DNA of 32,000 bases from Alkanindiges illinoisensis DSM 15370 (GTDB lineage Bacteria; Pseudomonadota; Gammaproteobacteria; Pseudomonadales; Moraxellaceae): NCBI RefSeq assembly GCF_000619845.1, contig NZ_KK211037.1:365941-397940 (forward strand). Reading direction: 5' to 3'. This document shows, piece after piece, positions 30,733 to 32,000 of the stretch. The notes below the pieces were generated by a model that saw nothing but the letters and a program-made list of their open reading frames with translations, ran no database searches and had not been told where the DNA came from. Within the stretch, counting starts at the first letter, position 1. The number at the start of each line of letters is the position of its first letter. Position numbers and translations under genes: made by a program.

Positions 30733-31233
30733 ATGGATACACCGCTAAAAGATCTGACGGCAGAAATACACAGTCAGGCGTGTTCATCAGTTGCGCCGGT
30801 TAGCCGGATTACCATGTCCTTGCCGCAGGAATTGCTGCGGGCACTGGACGACATGGTTACGCAGCGCGGGTTTGACAGCCGTTCGCAGGCTATTGCCGAC
30901 ATGATTCACCAGCAGGTCATGGCGCACAAGCAAAAGCTTGGCAATGAGGTAATGGTGGGTACGATTACCTTGCTGTATGATCGCTCCATGCCAAACCTGC
31001 AACGCCAGATTGCTGACCTGCAATACCAGAACTTAAGCGAAGTGATTAGCTCGCTGCATGTCAGTCTGGCGGATAACCAGATGATGGAGGTGGTGCTGAT
31101 ACAGGGCAGGGCCTGCCAGCTGGAAAAAATTGCTAACCAGTTGATTACCCTGCGTGGTGTGATTACCGGAAACTTGCAGTTGCTCACCGCCATCATGCCG
31201 CCCATTTCTTCACCAGCCACCGCACCCGCATGA
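30733..31233 (+). CDS. NikR-family (ribbon-helix-helix plus ACT-like domain) transcriptional regulator lacking most canonical Ni ligands
   Basis: The N-terminus is an RHH domain (RITMSLPQELLRALDDMVTQRGFDSRSQAIADMI). The C-terminal domain is colinear with the E. coli NikR metal-binding domain (GTITLLYD...SSLHVSLADNQMMEVVLIQG...ITLRGVITGNLQ). Confidence 0.7.
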   Translation: MDTPLKDLTAEIHSQACSSVAPVSRITMSLPQELLRALDDMVTQRGFDSRSQAIADMIHQQVMAHKQKLGNEVMVGTITLLYDRSMPNLQRQIADLQYQNLSEVISSLHVSLADNQMMEVVLIQGRACQLEKIANQLITLRGVITGNLQLLTAIMPPISSPATAPA

Positions 31234-31297
31234 GCCAAACAGAAAACTGCATTTTTCAGGCCTTTATTTAGAGATCACTATCAGGACTTAAGCCATT

Positions 31298-32000
31298 ATG
31301 AGCAAAACAGACTGGACACGAGGTGAAGTGGCGCAGATTTATGGACAGCCGTTTAATGACCTGCTGTTTACTGCCCAGACTGTGCACCGCCAGCATTTTG
31401 ATCCCAACACCGTACAGGTTAGCACCTTATTGTCGATCAAGACCGGCGCCTGCCCTGAAGACTGTGGTTACTGCTCACAATCCAACAGCTATGACACCCC
31501 GCTCACCCCGCAAAAGAAACTGCACATTGATGAGGTGCTAAAGGCTGCACAGGCCGCCAAAGACAGTGGCTCATCACGCTTTTGCATGGGTGCTGCGTGG
31601 CGTAACCCGCATGAAAGGGATATGCCGTATGTGCTGGAGCTGGTACGTGAAGTCAAAGGTATGGGGCTGGAAACCTGCATGACGCTGGGAATGCTGACGC
31701 CCTCGCAGGCAGAACGGTTAGCCGATGCAGGCCTGGACTACTACAACCATAACCTCGATACCTCACGCCAGCATTACAGCAATGTGATCACCACCCGCAG
31801 CTTTGATGACCGCCTGCAAACTTTAGAGCATGTGCGTAACAGTGGCATGAAAGTGTGTAGTGGTGGCATTTTAGGCTTAGGTGAGCAGCAAAGCGACCGC
31901 ATCAGCTTATTGCATGAACTGGCCACCCAGCCCATCCATCCCCAGTCAGTACCCATCAATATGCTGGTGCCGATTGCAGGCACTCCCCTTGCAGATGCCC
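31298..32000 (+). CDS. bioB: Biotin synthase (radical SAM); 3' end lies outside the window
   Basis: I translated this by hand from ATG 31298: [24 protein letters not shown]...[13 protein letters not shown] (CxxxCxxC), [19 protein letters not shown]. The frame stays open to the window edge, so it is absent from the ORF track. Confidence 0.95.
   Translation, partial: MSKTDWTRGEVAQIYGQPFNDLLFTAQTVHRQHFDPNTVQVSTLLSIKTGACPEDCGYCSQSNSYDTPLTPQKKLHIDEVLKAAQAAKDSGSSRFCMGAAWRNPHERDMPYVLELVREVKGMGLETCMTLGMLTPSQAERLADAGLDYYNHNLDTSRQHYSNVITTRSFDDRLQTLEHVRNSGMKVCSGGILGLGEQQSDRISLLHELATQPIHPQSVPINMLVPIAGTPLADA

Noticed and set aside
31234-31297. A BirA operator (bioO) upstream of bioB
   Set aside because: The 64-bp upstream region contains no TTGTAAACC/GGTTTACAA-type inverted repeat.

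Overview
The window looks like chromosomal DNA from a gammaproteobacterium. Gene content (fimV-asd, uup, lpxL, a BLUF protein) suggests a Moraxellaceae/Acinetobacter-like organism, but that is only a guess. It divides into four blocks. (1) 1-11.6 kb is a core housekeeping and envelope block: partial L-asparaginase, FimV, Asd, an EEP-family membrane protein, a GT4 glycosyltransferase, LpxL, a lipoprotein and the ABC-F ATPase Uup. The spacer at 6.3-6.6 kb holds what I read as an unannotated Csr/Rsm-family sponge sRNA, with a perfect GacA box, 9 GGA motifs and an intrinsic terminator. The ORF track shows a 111-aa ORF there instead. (2) About 11.6-16.3 kb is a visibly AT-rich islet containing decayed genes (an Lhr-like helicase fragment, a LysR remnant and a truncated cyclophilin-like gene). 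It also carries a CspA-type cold-shock gene and two small tail-anchored membrane proteins. One of these is a BLUF-like domain whose photoactive Gln is replaced by His. (3) 16.3-19.3 kb encodes an AraC regulator, an SDR and an alpha/beta hydrolase. (4) 19.7-31.2 kb is a guanidine-assimilation locus. It starts with a sigma-54 promoter and a guanidine-I (ykkC) riboswitch, followed by two DUF1989 (carboxyguanidine deiminase-type) genes, a biotin-dependent urea/guanidine carboxylase and an allophanate hydrolase split into two ORFs. A second sigma-54 promoter then drives a NitT/TauT-type ABC importer, followed by a NikR-family regulator that lacks most nickel ligands and by bioB (partial). I saw no CRISPR array, tRNA/rRNA gene or intact IS element. 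All calls come from reading the sequence and the supplied translations; no database search was possible.
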